From positions 64,001 through 128,000 of the forward strand of contig JAYFMW010000029.1 of NCBI GenBank assembly GCA_042408215.1: 64,000 bases of DNA, in the 5' to 3' direction. This document shows, in pieces, positions 34,479 through 42,988 of this stretch. Under the pieces are notes generated by a model. The model did not search any database and was not told the DNA's origin. It was given only the letters and a program-made list of their open reading frames with translations. How positions within the stretch are numbered: the stretch's first letter is position 1; every line of letters begins with the position of its first letter. The position numbers and the translations under genes are program-made. This DNA is from Microcoleus sp. GTDB lineage: Bacteria; Cyanobacteriota; Cyanobacteriia; Cyanobacteriales; Microcoleaceae.

Positions 34479-34547
34479 AGACATCGCAAGAATTGCAAGC
34501 TTTGAACAGGCAAGATGCCTGTTCCACAATAAATATGGTCGATGTCT
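34479..34547. mobile_element. 69-bp MITE with 3-bp target duplication
   Basis: AGACATCG...CGATGTCT termini, AAT duplicated, internal palindrome AACAGGCA-AGA-TGCCTGTT. Confidence 0.8.
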
Positions 34548-34548
34548 A

Positions 34549-36570
34549 ATGATTCCCCAAAACTTTTTAAGAAATCTAGCCACCAATTTAGGTATTTCCG
34601 ACAACGAATTTGAGGCACTCTCCAGGGCGATTCAAGGCGAACCGATGGATGCGATCGCACAAGAACTCGGTGTCAGCAAAGAAGCGCTTCAGAAAAGACT
34701 CGGTGAGGTTTACAAAAAATTTCAGATTATGGGCCGAGGGCCCGGAAAGCTGGCTAGATTACAACAAATCCTCATTTCGCAGTATCAACAGCAAGTCGCT
34801 AATTTTACTAATAGTACAGCCAGCGATGGGATTTCTGTTAAAAATGACACGGCACACTCTAGCGTCAGTGCTGACACTACCCCGCCCCTGAGCGAAGTTA
34901 TTTCTTCACAGACAGCGGCGAAAACACACCCCCGTATCGATTGGGGTGAAGCGCCCGATGTCCCTATTTTCTACGATCGCAGTGCTGAACTTGCCACTTT
35001 AAAGCAATGGATAGTCAACGATGGTTGTCGATTAGTTGCACTACTGGGAATGGGAGGAATTGGCAAAACCGCATTGGCTGTCACCGCAGTACAACAAATT
35101 CAGGGTGAGTTTGATTATTGCATTTGGCGATCGCTCAAAGAACGCCCGCCCATGTCAAATATCTTATTCGATTTAATTCAATCCTTGTCTCCCCAGCCAG
35201 AAACCCACTTACCAGAGAATACGGAAAAGAGAATCTCTTTATTGCTCAAATACCTACGTTCCTCACGGTGTTTGTTAGTATTGGATGAACTCGATCGCAT
35301 CCTCCTTCAGGGCGATCGCTATCAACCAGGATACGAAAATTATGCAGACTTATTCCAGCGAATAGTAACATCACGCCATCAAAGTTGCTTGCTACTCACC
35401 AGTTGGCATCAACCCCTAGAACTTAATTCGCTTGTAGAACACCGTTCACATATTAAAGTATTACAACTAAATGGCTTAGACGAGCAAAGCGCCCAAAAAA
35501 TTATCTATTCAGCCAAAAGGTTTTCTAGCAGTACCGAAAACAAGTCATTTTCCGAAATGAGCCAATTATATAGTGGCAATCCCTTACTTTTAAACACAGT
35601 CACCGCTAACTTTGCTGACTTATTTTCAGGGAATCTCACCCAATTTATCCAGCAGACCACCTTAGTTATACAGCAGATTCTGCGAGATTTTTTGCAAAAA
35701 TCCAGCGCCGATTTATCAGATACAGAAATTTACCTGCTCTGTTGCTTAGCCTTGAGAACTAAACCAGTCAGCACCAATGATTTGAAATCAAATCTAGCCG
35801 TTGCTGGAGAAATATCTGACTTGCAATCGGTTTTAGAATCGCTCATCAAACAAGCACTTTTAGTGAAAATTATTGAAGCCGGAGCAGCTACTTTTACCCT
35901 GAATCCAGAAATAAAAAAACACATAATTCATCAATTGATTGCCAAATACCTCAATCAACTGGGTCATAAAAAGTATTTATCAGGAGAGTTCCAAACTGCC
36001 AAAGCTTACTTAACCCAAGCCATCAGATTTAATCCTGACTTAGCCGCATCTCACTATAACTTAGGAGCTACTTACGAACAGTTGCAAGATTTATCTGCGG
36101 CACGAAGCCACTATCAAATCGCCGCCGGATTTAACAACCGAGGGGCTTATGCAGCTATTAGTAATTTAGCACGTTTGGAAATTATATCGGGAAATGTGGA
36201 GGCAGCAATTAACCCGATCTTGCCGATTTTAGAGAAAGTCAAAGACCATCTGGTTCTAGCGGCTTTGCACAAAAACCTGGGGTGGGCTTACTTCCTGGAA
36301 AATCGCTATAACGATGCTGAGTTACAGCTTTTAAAATCCATCGAACTCAATCATCTTCACCCACCGACTTATTATATTTTGGCACAAGTGAAAGAGGCTC
36401 AAGGCAAGATCCAAGAAGCATTAGTTGATTACGATCGTTTTTTGAAGTGCGATCGCGGCGATCGCAAACCTCAAGGAACGCATTGGAGACTGCCAGAATT
36501 AGATGTTTGGAAAATCACAGCACGCCAGCGCTTGAATTATCCCCATAATTCGCAGTTACCCCCTCTATGA
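34549..36570 (+). CDS. STAND NTPase: HTH + NB-ARC + TPR
   Basis: N-terminal HTH (IAQELGVSKEALQKRL), DWGEAP, Walker A GMGGIGKT, Walker B LLVLD, GNPL, C-terminal TPRs; start placed at MIPQNF. Confidence 0.9.
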   Translation: MIPQNFLRNLATNLGISDNEFEALSRAIQGEPMDAIAQELGVSKEALQKRLGEVYKKFQIMGRGPGKLARLQQILISQYQQQVANFTNSTASDGISVKNDTAHSSVSADTTPPLSEVISSQTAAKTHPRIDWGEAPDVPIFYDRSAELATLKQWIVNDGCRLVALLGMGGIGKTALAVTAVQQIQGEFDYCIWRSLKERPPMSNILFDLIQSLSPQPETHLPENTEKRISLLLKYLRSSRCLLVLDELDRILLQGDRYQPGYENYADLFQRIVTSRHQSCLLLTSWHQPLELNSLVEHRSHIKVLQLNGLDEQSAQKIIYSAKRFSSSTENKSFSEMSQLYSGNPLLLNTVTANFADLFSGNLTQFIQQTTLVIQQILRDFLQKSSADLSDTEIYLLCCLALRTKPVSTNDLKSNLAVAGEISDLQSVLESLIKQALLVKIIEAGAATFTLNPEIKKHIIHQLIAKYLNQLGHKKYLSGEFQTAKAYLTQAIRFNPDLAASHYNLGATYEQLQDLSAARSHYQIAAGFNNRGAYAAISNLARLEIISGNVEAAINPILPILEKVKDHLVLAALHKNLGWAYFLENRYNDAELQLLKSIELNHLHPPTYYILAQVKEAQGKIQEALVDYDRFLKCDRGDRKPQGTHWRLPELDVWKITARQRLNYPHNSQLPPL

Positions 36571-36992
36571 TTCGGCGGTTGAAACCGCTACTACACAAAC
36601 GAAGTCCGCCTCCGCGGACTAAGAAATAAACGGGGTTTTTAACCCGGATTTGGTATAAATCCTAAGATTTAGAGATGACTAGCGAAGGTTAGGTGGAACA
36701 ATAGGATCGTCATCTTCATCCTCACCTTTTTTGGTTTGAGGCTGAAAAATCTCTCCTAGCGAGGGATAGGATATGAGTCGATCAAATGCTGTCATTGCTC
36801 GTTTCTCCGTTAAGGTGGATCGGGAATTTTGGGAGAAGCGAGTTGGCCAACTGCGCTTTTCTATTAACCAGGGCCAAGTCGAAAAATTATGCAGGTTTTT
36901 GGGGGAAAATGAAAAAATTTTTGGTGAGAAAGCCGGTTTCTCACCAAAATAGTGCGTTATATCAAATCCGTTAGCATCGGAATGATATAAGG

Positions 36993-37181
36993 AGGACACG
37001 GCAATGCCGTGTCCCTACAATTGATGGCGGTAGGGAAACGGCACTGCCGTGTCCTCTACAATTGATGGCGGTAGGGAAACGGCACTGCCGTGTCCTCTAC
37101 AATTGATCGCGGTAGGGAAACGGCACTGCCGTGTCCTCTACAATTGATCGCGGTAGGGAAACGGCACTGCCGTGTCCTCTA
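36993..37181. repeat. tandem GTAG-type REP-like palindromes, 41-bp period
   Basis: GTAGGGAAACGGCACTGCCGTGTCCTCTA(C) at 37030, 37071, 37112 and 37153 plus a partial first copy. Confidence 0.9.
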
Positions 37182-37476
37182 TATCATTCCGGCGCAGCCG
37201 GAATTGATATTACAGCCCGCCGAAATGGTAAAAAACCCGGTTTCTTCCTAGACGCAGGGGTGGTCAGAAACCAATACGGTTCAGATAAGACCGATCCCCC
37301 CTAGCCAAGAGGGCGGGCACGGGGGCACCGCCCCTACAAAGGGGGGAACAAGAAGTTGCTGCGAAGTCCCCCTTCTTAAGGGGGATTTAGGGGGATCTCC
37401 GGGGAATTAACAGTGTTAACCCAAGCGTATTGGGTCAGAAACCGGGTTTTTCACGAACAGTCCAGGAATGCTTGAG

Positions 37477-40400
37477 TTACCGCAAGCCGGAACAGGTGAA
37501 AGCGGCCCAGTCGGAGGGGTGAGAGAAGGGAAGAGGTTTCTCGATCGCACTTTTGAATTGGTTCTTGGTGCTCCGAAGACGTTCTGCTACCTTTGTGTGT
37601 TGCTTGTATTGGTCATACCAGTTGATATAAGTTTCACTTCCTTTGACTTCGCGATCGCGAGACTCTTTAGCTGCTTTTTTTGCTTTTTCGGCGGCCCTAA
37701 ATTTACTCTCAAGTAATGGTATTAGCTGCTGCTGGTATTCACTGAGTGCTTGACCGCTGAGCGATCGCAACTTATCTTGGGCTTGTTGCAGAGAGACAAT
37801 GCGACTTTTTCCTTGCTGTCGGTATTGGTGGTAAAAAATAGAAAATAGTGCGGTTGCTAAATCGTCAACAGCCCAAAGAGTAGCGATAACACTTCTCGCA
37901 CCAGCACATAAGAAACCAGTGGAAAGAGTCAGAACATCATCTGTTATTTGAGTTACACCAAGATTTGTTTCACAACAAGAAAGGAAAACATCCTCCAAGT
38001 TAGGAAACCTCCAGGCCGGAGTTAGTAATTGCCCTAAAGTAATTGTTCCATCACCTAACAATAGCTTTGATTCTAAAGGATTATCTAAGCGAGATTGGGC
38101 ATGATGACTAGAATGAAGACCGGAAACTTGCTCTACCAAGCGCCGATAATTACTAACAGTTGCTTGAGAGCGACCGCGCAGCCGTCGTTCTTCTGGAATG
38201 CTATATATTTGAGCGAGTTGAGAACATTCAAAACTCACACAAGGTAGGTCTTCAGTTGCATCTTCCACCGTTCCGTACCTCATTTGAACTTTGGTTTGAG
38301 GGCGTTTATGACAAAATTCTAAAACTTGGCAACTGGGAGCATAGCGTAGGAGAAATCTATCTCCGAGGTATTGGTCATTATCAATAGGTAAAGCGCTAAA
38401 GGGAATTGAATGTAGGTAAAGATGAGGTACTACAATCAGTTCTTCAATACCGCTGAGGTGGTGTTCAATTAGTTGTTTCAGATCGAGAGAATTTGCTAAT
38501 TGAGATAGAGTCGATCGCAGAGAGTTTTGCCATTCCGCTTTATTCTGCACGTAGGGAAGTAACCAGCGCTCAAAAATCCAAGTTTGCAACCCTTTGTCTT
38601 GCTCTAAACAAGTATGACAAGTAATTCGATCGCGTTTGATGACAAAGATGTGAGTATTTTGGTAAGTTGTGTAAAAACTCAGGATGGCTGTTGTTTGATG
38701 CTCGATCAATTGCTGAATATGAGCTAAATTAGGGGCTGCGACTTTCATTTCTCCGGCCAATACGGGATCTAAGCGCCTGAGTTGTTCCCAAACTTGTTGT
38801 TTCTGAGCTTCTAATTGAGCGATCGATTCATTAATAGCAGCCAGAGCCGCACGGGAACGGACGCTGAGTTTCACAGTTTTGAATTCTTGCTCAATCTTAG
38901 ATAGCTGAGGATAGCGGTAAGAGTCTATTTGTTGTTGCAAACTGTCATACTGCTGCAAATATGTTTGAATTTCGGGAGAAATTGATTCACCTTGATAAAG
39001 GTCATTGCTTGCGATTAAATCTACGAGGCGTTGGGAGCGCGATCGCTCTACATATTCAATGGCTTTATCTAACTGTTTATTGTTGACGCAAGCCTGTATT
39101 GTATTAGCGTATACCCGAAAAGACGATTCTAAAATTTCCTGCCGCCGCTGTTCGCTACTGCTCCAAGAACGGCTAGTTTCTACTGCTTCAATAGCTTGAT
39201 TGTAACTTTCAATAGCTTTATCCCACTTTTGAGTTGTAAAAGCAATATTTCCGAGGCTTCTTCCTACTCGCAAACAATCGCGGGGAAAGGCTGCGGGAGT
39301 GTAAATTTCCAAAGCTAAATTAAAATGAGCAATAGCTTTTTCAGTTTCTCCTAGCTTTTCATAAGCCGCTCCCAAATTGGTCACAGTCATGGCCCAATCT
39401 TCCGGTAAGGCTTCGCGAGTATTTACTTGTAAAGCTTTTTGATAGCAATCGATGGCTATTTTCAAGTTTTCTTCCCGCACTCCCTTGACTAGACATCTCC
39501 TAAAAAGCTTGTCAATAACAGGCAGGATGCCTGTTCCACAATAATTATGGGAGATGTCTACTCGATGTGCATAAGCATTTCCCAAATTTACTTGTGCGTT
39601 AGCCCAATAATAAGGGTCTAATTCTTGACTGTAGACTTGCAAAGTTGCTTCACAAGAGCGAATAGCTTGCTCTAAGTTCTCGGCTCGATCTCCCGCAGTT
39701 ATTTGCAGATAAGCATGGCTCAAATTTTGTTGGATTTTAGCCCAATTTAAAGGATGTGCTTCACGGGTGTAGACTAATAATGCTGCTTGATAGCACTGAA
39801 TTCCCAGTTCTATATTGGTGGCTGTATCGCCCAGAATTCTGTTACAATAAGCATTGCCTAAATTCATTTGTGTATCTGCCCAAGACTGAGGTGTTCCCTC
39901 ACGAGAATAAACTTGCAATGCACCTTGGTAGCAAGTAATTGCTTGCTCAATATTTTCTGCTCGATCGCCCCGAATTCTGTCAAGATAAGTATTTGCCAGA
40001 TTATTTTGAGTTTGCGCCCACAGTTGAGGCAATGCTTGATGAGTCCGAACTTGTAAAACAGCTTGGTAGTGTTGAATTGCCTGTTCCAAATTGTCCGCAC
40101 GATCGCCTATAATGCGTCTTAGGTAAGCACTACCTAAATTATCTTGAGTTTGGGCCCAGTCGATCGGTAATGCTGAAACAGTCCTGATTTCTAAAGCTGC
40201 TTTGTAGCAGTGAATCGCTTGCTCTAAATTGTCAGCTTTCTCTCCCTTAATTCGTTGACTGTAAGCAACACCTAAATTGTTGTGAATACCCGCCCATAGC
40301 GACGGAGATTCCTGTTTGGTTAAAACTTGTAGAGATGCTTCATAGCAAGTAATAGCTAACTCTATGTTGTGAGCCTGTTTACCCTGAATTCTCCGAAAGT

Positions 40401-41064
40401 AAGCAGCCCCTAAATTCACTTGAGTATTGGCCCATTTATAGGGGAAAGCTTCGCGGGTATTTAGTTGTAAAATAGATTGTAAAATAGCAATCGATTGTTC
40501 TAGATTGTCTGCGGGTTCTCCCAGGCTTCGCTCTTGATAGGCGATCGCTAAATTACCAGATACTCTCGCCCACTGTTCGGGAAAAGCCTCATAAGTAAAG
40601 ATTTGCAGTGCTGCTCGATAACATTGAATTGCTTGCTCTATGTTGTCAGAGACATTGCCGTAAATTCGCTCTTTATAAGCAAGACCCAGATTATTTTGTA
40701 GGTGCGCCCGCATTAGCTGATTTTCAGGCTGGCTTAAAATTGGTAAGGCTGCTTCGTAACCGGCGATCGCAATTTCTAAATTATTCGCCTTGGAGCCTTG
40801 AGGGAATTTTTGAATTGCTTCGGATATTAGAGGAAGAATTGCTGCTAATGTTAAACACTGTTGAAATTCATATTCCTCATAAAACTGATTGACTTTAATT
40901 CGCAAATAGAGAGCAAATTCTTCATTTAATAGCTCTATATTTTCTAGAAATAAGGGGTAAAACAGCTTATCATTTCCTTCACTTTTTGCCGCTACCAGCA
41001 GCAACTTCATTAGAAAATCGAAATAAGCTTGTTGTCGCTGTTCATCATTTTTTTTAGCGCTCAT
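37477..41064 (-). CDS. TPR-repeat CHAT-domain protease
   Basis: About 40-aa repeats (WA..Q.NLG.AY..RI.G.RA.NLEQAI), CHAT dyad HSSHHA and LSCCET, SVIATLWAV, WAAF. Confidence 0.95.
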   Translation of the reverse strand: MSAKKNDEQRQQAYFDFLMKLLLVAAKSEGNDKLFYPLFLENIELLNEEFALYLRIKVNQFYEEYEFQQCLTLAAILPLISEAIQKFPQGSKANNLEIAIAGYEAALPILSQPENQLMRAHLQNNLGLAYKERIYGNVSDNIEQAIQCYRAALQIFTYEAFPEQWARVSGNLAIAYQERSLGEPADNLEQSIAILQSILQLNTREAFPYKWANTQVNLGAAYFRRIQGKQAHNIELAITCYEASLQVLTKQESPSLWAGIHNNLGVAYSQRIKGEKADNLEQAIHCYKAALEIRTVSALPIDWAQTQDNLGSAYLRRIIGDRADNLEQAIQHYQAVLQVRTHQALPQLWAQTQNNLANTYLDRIRGDRAENIEQAITCYQGALQVYSREGTPQSWADTQMNLGNAYCNRILGDTATNIELGIQCYQAALLVYTREAHPLNWAKIQQNLSHAYLQITAGDRAENLEQAIRSCEATLQVYSQELDPYYWANAQVNLGNAYAHRVDISHNYCGTGILPVIDKLFRRCLVKGVREENLKIAIDCYQKALQVNTREALPEDWAMTVTNLGAAYEKLGETEKAIAHFNLALEIYTPAAFPRDCLRVGRSLGNIAFTTQKWDKAIESYNQAIEAVETSRSWSSSEQRRQEILESSFRVYANTIQACVNNKQLDKAIEYVERSRSQRLVDLIASNDLYQGESISPEIQTYLQQYDSLQQQIDSYRYPQLSKIEQEFKTVKLSVRSRAALAAINESIAQLEAQKQQVWEQLRRLDPVLAGEMKVAAPNLAHIQQLIEHQTTAILSFYTTYQNTHIFVIKRDRITCHTCLEQDKGLQTWIFERWLLPYVQNKAEWQNSLRSTLSQLANSLDLKQLIEHHLSGIEELIVVPHLYLHSIPFSALPIDNDQYLGDRFLLRYAPSCQVLEFCHKRPQTKVQMRYGTVEDATEDLPCVSFECSQLAQIYSIPEERRLRGRSQATVSNYRRLVEQVSGLHSSHHAQSRLDNPLESKLLLGDGTITLGQLLTPAWRFPNLEDVFLSCCETNLGVTQITDDVLTLSTGFLCAGARSVIATLWAVDDLATALFSIFYHQYRQQGKSRIVSLQQAQDKLRSLSGQALSEYQQQLIPLLESKFRAAEKAKKAAKESRDREVKGSETYINWYDQYKQHTKVAERLRSTKNQFKSAIEKPLPFSHPSDWAAFTCSGLR
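39491..39559. mobile_element. 69-bp MITE inserted in frame in the CHAT gene
   Basis: AGACATCTCC...GGAGATGTCT termini, ACT duplicated; adds 24 aa. Confidence 0.85.
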
Positions 41065-41115
41065 CGCCGATCGCCTCTATTTCAAATTGCCTGCTTTCTA
41101 GTATTCTCAATTAAC

Positions 41116-41256
41116 CTGTAGGGGCGGGTTCGCCAACCATCTCAAAGCTTGCAGATAAGTTAAATAAACCCGCCCTCCCCCACTTGTAATATCTCGATCG
41201 GGGCGGGTTTATGAGATTTATTATTTGTATTTGAGACTGTTGGCGAACCCGCCCCT
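41116..41256. repeat. GTAG-type REP/REPIN-like double palindrome (IS110 target)
   Basis: CTGTAGGGGCGGGTTCGCCAAC ... GTTGGCGAACCCGCCCCT|ACAG (completed at 42821); inner pair ATAAACCCGCCC/GGGCGGGTTTAT; related copy at 42887-42950. Confidence 0.85.
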
Positions 41257-41300
41257 TGTATCTTAAAAGAGTGAGTCAGTCGATCGCCACGTCATTGATT

Positions 41301-41550
41301 CGATCATACCGACAATCAGGCGATCGTACCGACAATCAGGCGATCGAGCCGACAATCAGGCGATCGAGCCGACAATCAGGCGATCGAGCCGACAATCAGG
41401 CGATCGTACCGACAATCAGGCGATCGAGCCGACAATCAGGCGATCGAGCCGACAATCAGTCGATCAAGCCGACAATCAGTCGATCAAGCCGACAATCAGT
41501 CGATCAAGCCGACAATCAGTCGATCAAGCCGACAATCAGTCGATCGTACC
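41301..41550. repeat. tandem array of 12.5 x 20 bp inside the IS110 left end
   Basis: CGATC(G/A)(AG/TA)CCGACAATCAG(G/T) units with exact 20-bp period. Confidence 0.95.
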
Positions 41551-41599
41551 TTCTTCTTGGTAAATCTAAAGAAACAACAAAAGTTTCTAACTAAGGTGC

Positions 41600-41790
41600 G
41601 AGTTTCAGTAGAAAGTGTTCTTTAAGGACATCAGAAATCGGTGAAGTTGGCCCGCCCCTTAGACTAAACAAGTCTGTTGTGTAGATAAGCTCCCATTACT
41701 GATGACAGGCGCACATAAAACTGGACAGTATCTTAGGCTCTCGACATCGTTGGGAAAGCCTGCATTAACAAGGTTAGTCTTCAATTGCCT
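41600..41790 (+). ncRNA. IS110 bridge RNA
   Basis: Guides CCCGCCCCT (41651-41659), TGTAG (41680-41684), ACAGTATCT (41725-41733) and ACAAG (41768-41772) match the element's target and donor; ends approximate. Confidence 0.88.
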
Positions 41791-41830
41791 GTCGGTTCTT
41801 TCATAAATCGGAGTAGATCAGGAGCAAACA

Positions 41831-42802
41831 ATGACATCAACAGTCTTAGGTATAGACATCAGTAAAAGAGACTTTCATGTCTCATTACTGAAAGAAGGTC
41901 GTGCAACTAAACCCAGAAAGTTTACGAACAATATTCCAGGGTTTGAGAGTTTACATAACTGGCTTCAACAACAAAGTGTAGTCGAACTCCATGTTTGCAT
42001 GGAAGCTACTAGCATTTACGGAGAATCCTTAGCCGAATTCCTTTATGGAGCTGGCTTTCAGGTAAGTATAGTCAATCCAGCTCGTATTAAAGGGTTTGCC
42101 AAAAGCGAACTTTTGAGAACTAAAACTGACTCGGTAGATGCGGCACTAATTGCTCGTTTTTGTGCAGCGATGAAACCGTCTCTATGGACACCAACCGCGC
42201 CGGAAGTCAAAGAATTACAAGCCCTGTTGCGACGGCTCGAATCAGTCACAGAAATGGCAACTCAAGAACACAACCGTCTGGAAACAGCTACACCAACTGT
42301 TGCTGAGCTTACCTTGGCACATTTGGAGTACCTAAAGGAGCAACAAAAACTGATCAAAAAACTGATTAGCGACCATTTTGACCAACACCCACATTTAAAA
42401 CAACAGCGTGATCTCTTGACCTCAATTCCCGGAATTGGTGAACAGACAGCATCCGTATTATTAGCTGAAATTCGTGATGTTTCCGATTACAACAATGCCC
42501 GTCAATTAGCCGCTTATGCAGGTTTAACACCCTGTGAACGCAGTTCTGGGACTTCGGTTAAAGGCAAAACTCGTTTGTCTTGCACTGGCAATGTCCGACT
42601 CCGAAAGGCGTTGTATTTGCCTGCGGTAGTGGCGATGCGTCACAATCCGTTACTCAAGGCTATGAGTGACCGATTATTGGGTCGTGGGAAGGTCAAAATG
42701 CAGGTAATTGGTGCTTTGATGCGGAAATTGGTGCATTTGGCTTTTGGGATTTTAAAGTCCCAAAAGCCTTTCGATCCTAATTATTTACTTGCTACCCCTT
42801 GA
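41831..42802 (+). CDS. IS110 family recombinase (DEDD RuvC-like + Tnp domain)
   Basis: GIDISK, MEATS, KTDSVDA, SIPGIG, AYAGL.P...SSG; AGGAG RBS. Confidence 0.97.
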   Translation: MTSTVLGIDISKRDFHVSLLKEGRATKPRKFTNNIPGFESLHNWLQQQSVVELHVCMEATSIYGESLAEFLYGAGFQVSIVNPARIKGFAKSELLRTKTDSVDAALIARFCAAMKPSLWTPTAPEVKELQALLRRLESVTEMATQEHNRLETATPTVAELTLAHLEYLKEQQKLIKKLISDHFDQHPHLKQQRDLLTSIPGIGEQTASVLLAEIRDVSDYNNARQLAAYAGLTPCERSSGTSVKGKTRLSCTGNVRLRKALYLPAVVAMRHNPLLKAMSDRLLGRGKVKMQVIGALMRKLVHLAFGILKSQKPFDPNYLLATP

Positions 42803-42988
42803 CAGATCAAGACAGTATCTACAGGATGGGTGACAATGATGTTGTCATTCGCTAATTCTGATTCTTCCGGGCTACCTCGCTGTGGTGGGGGCGGGTTTAT
42901 TTAACCTGTCTGCAAGCTTTAAAGCTATTGGTGAACCCGCCCCTACAGGATGGGTGACAATGATGCCGTCAGGTGAATTCTACCCCTT

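Larger units (their letters stand above)
41255..42820 (+). mobile_element. IS110-family (IS621-like) insertion sequence
   Basis: CT core at both ends (41255-41256, 42819-42820), left end TGTAT, right end ACAGTATCT. Confidence 0.93.

Noticed and set aside
34441..34548. N-terminal extension of the NB-ARC ORF
   Set aside because: Mostly MITE sequence; the HTH begins at MIPQNF
36993..37181. CRISPR array
   Set aside because: Inter-repeat segments are 11 bp and nearly identical; no cas genes
41256..41594. 112-aa ORF or CRISPR array
   Set aside because: Pure 20-bp tandem repeat with no spacers; the ORF is a by-product
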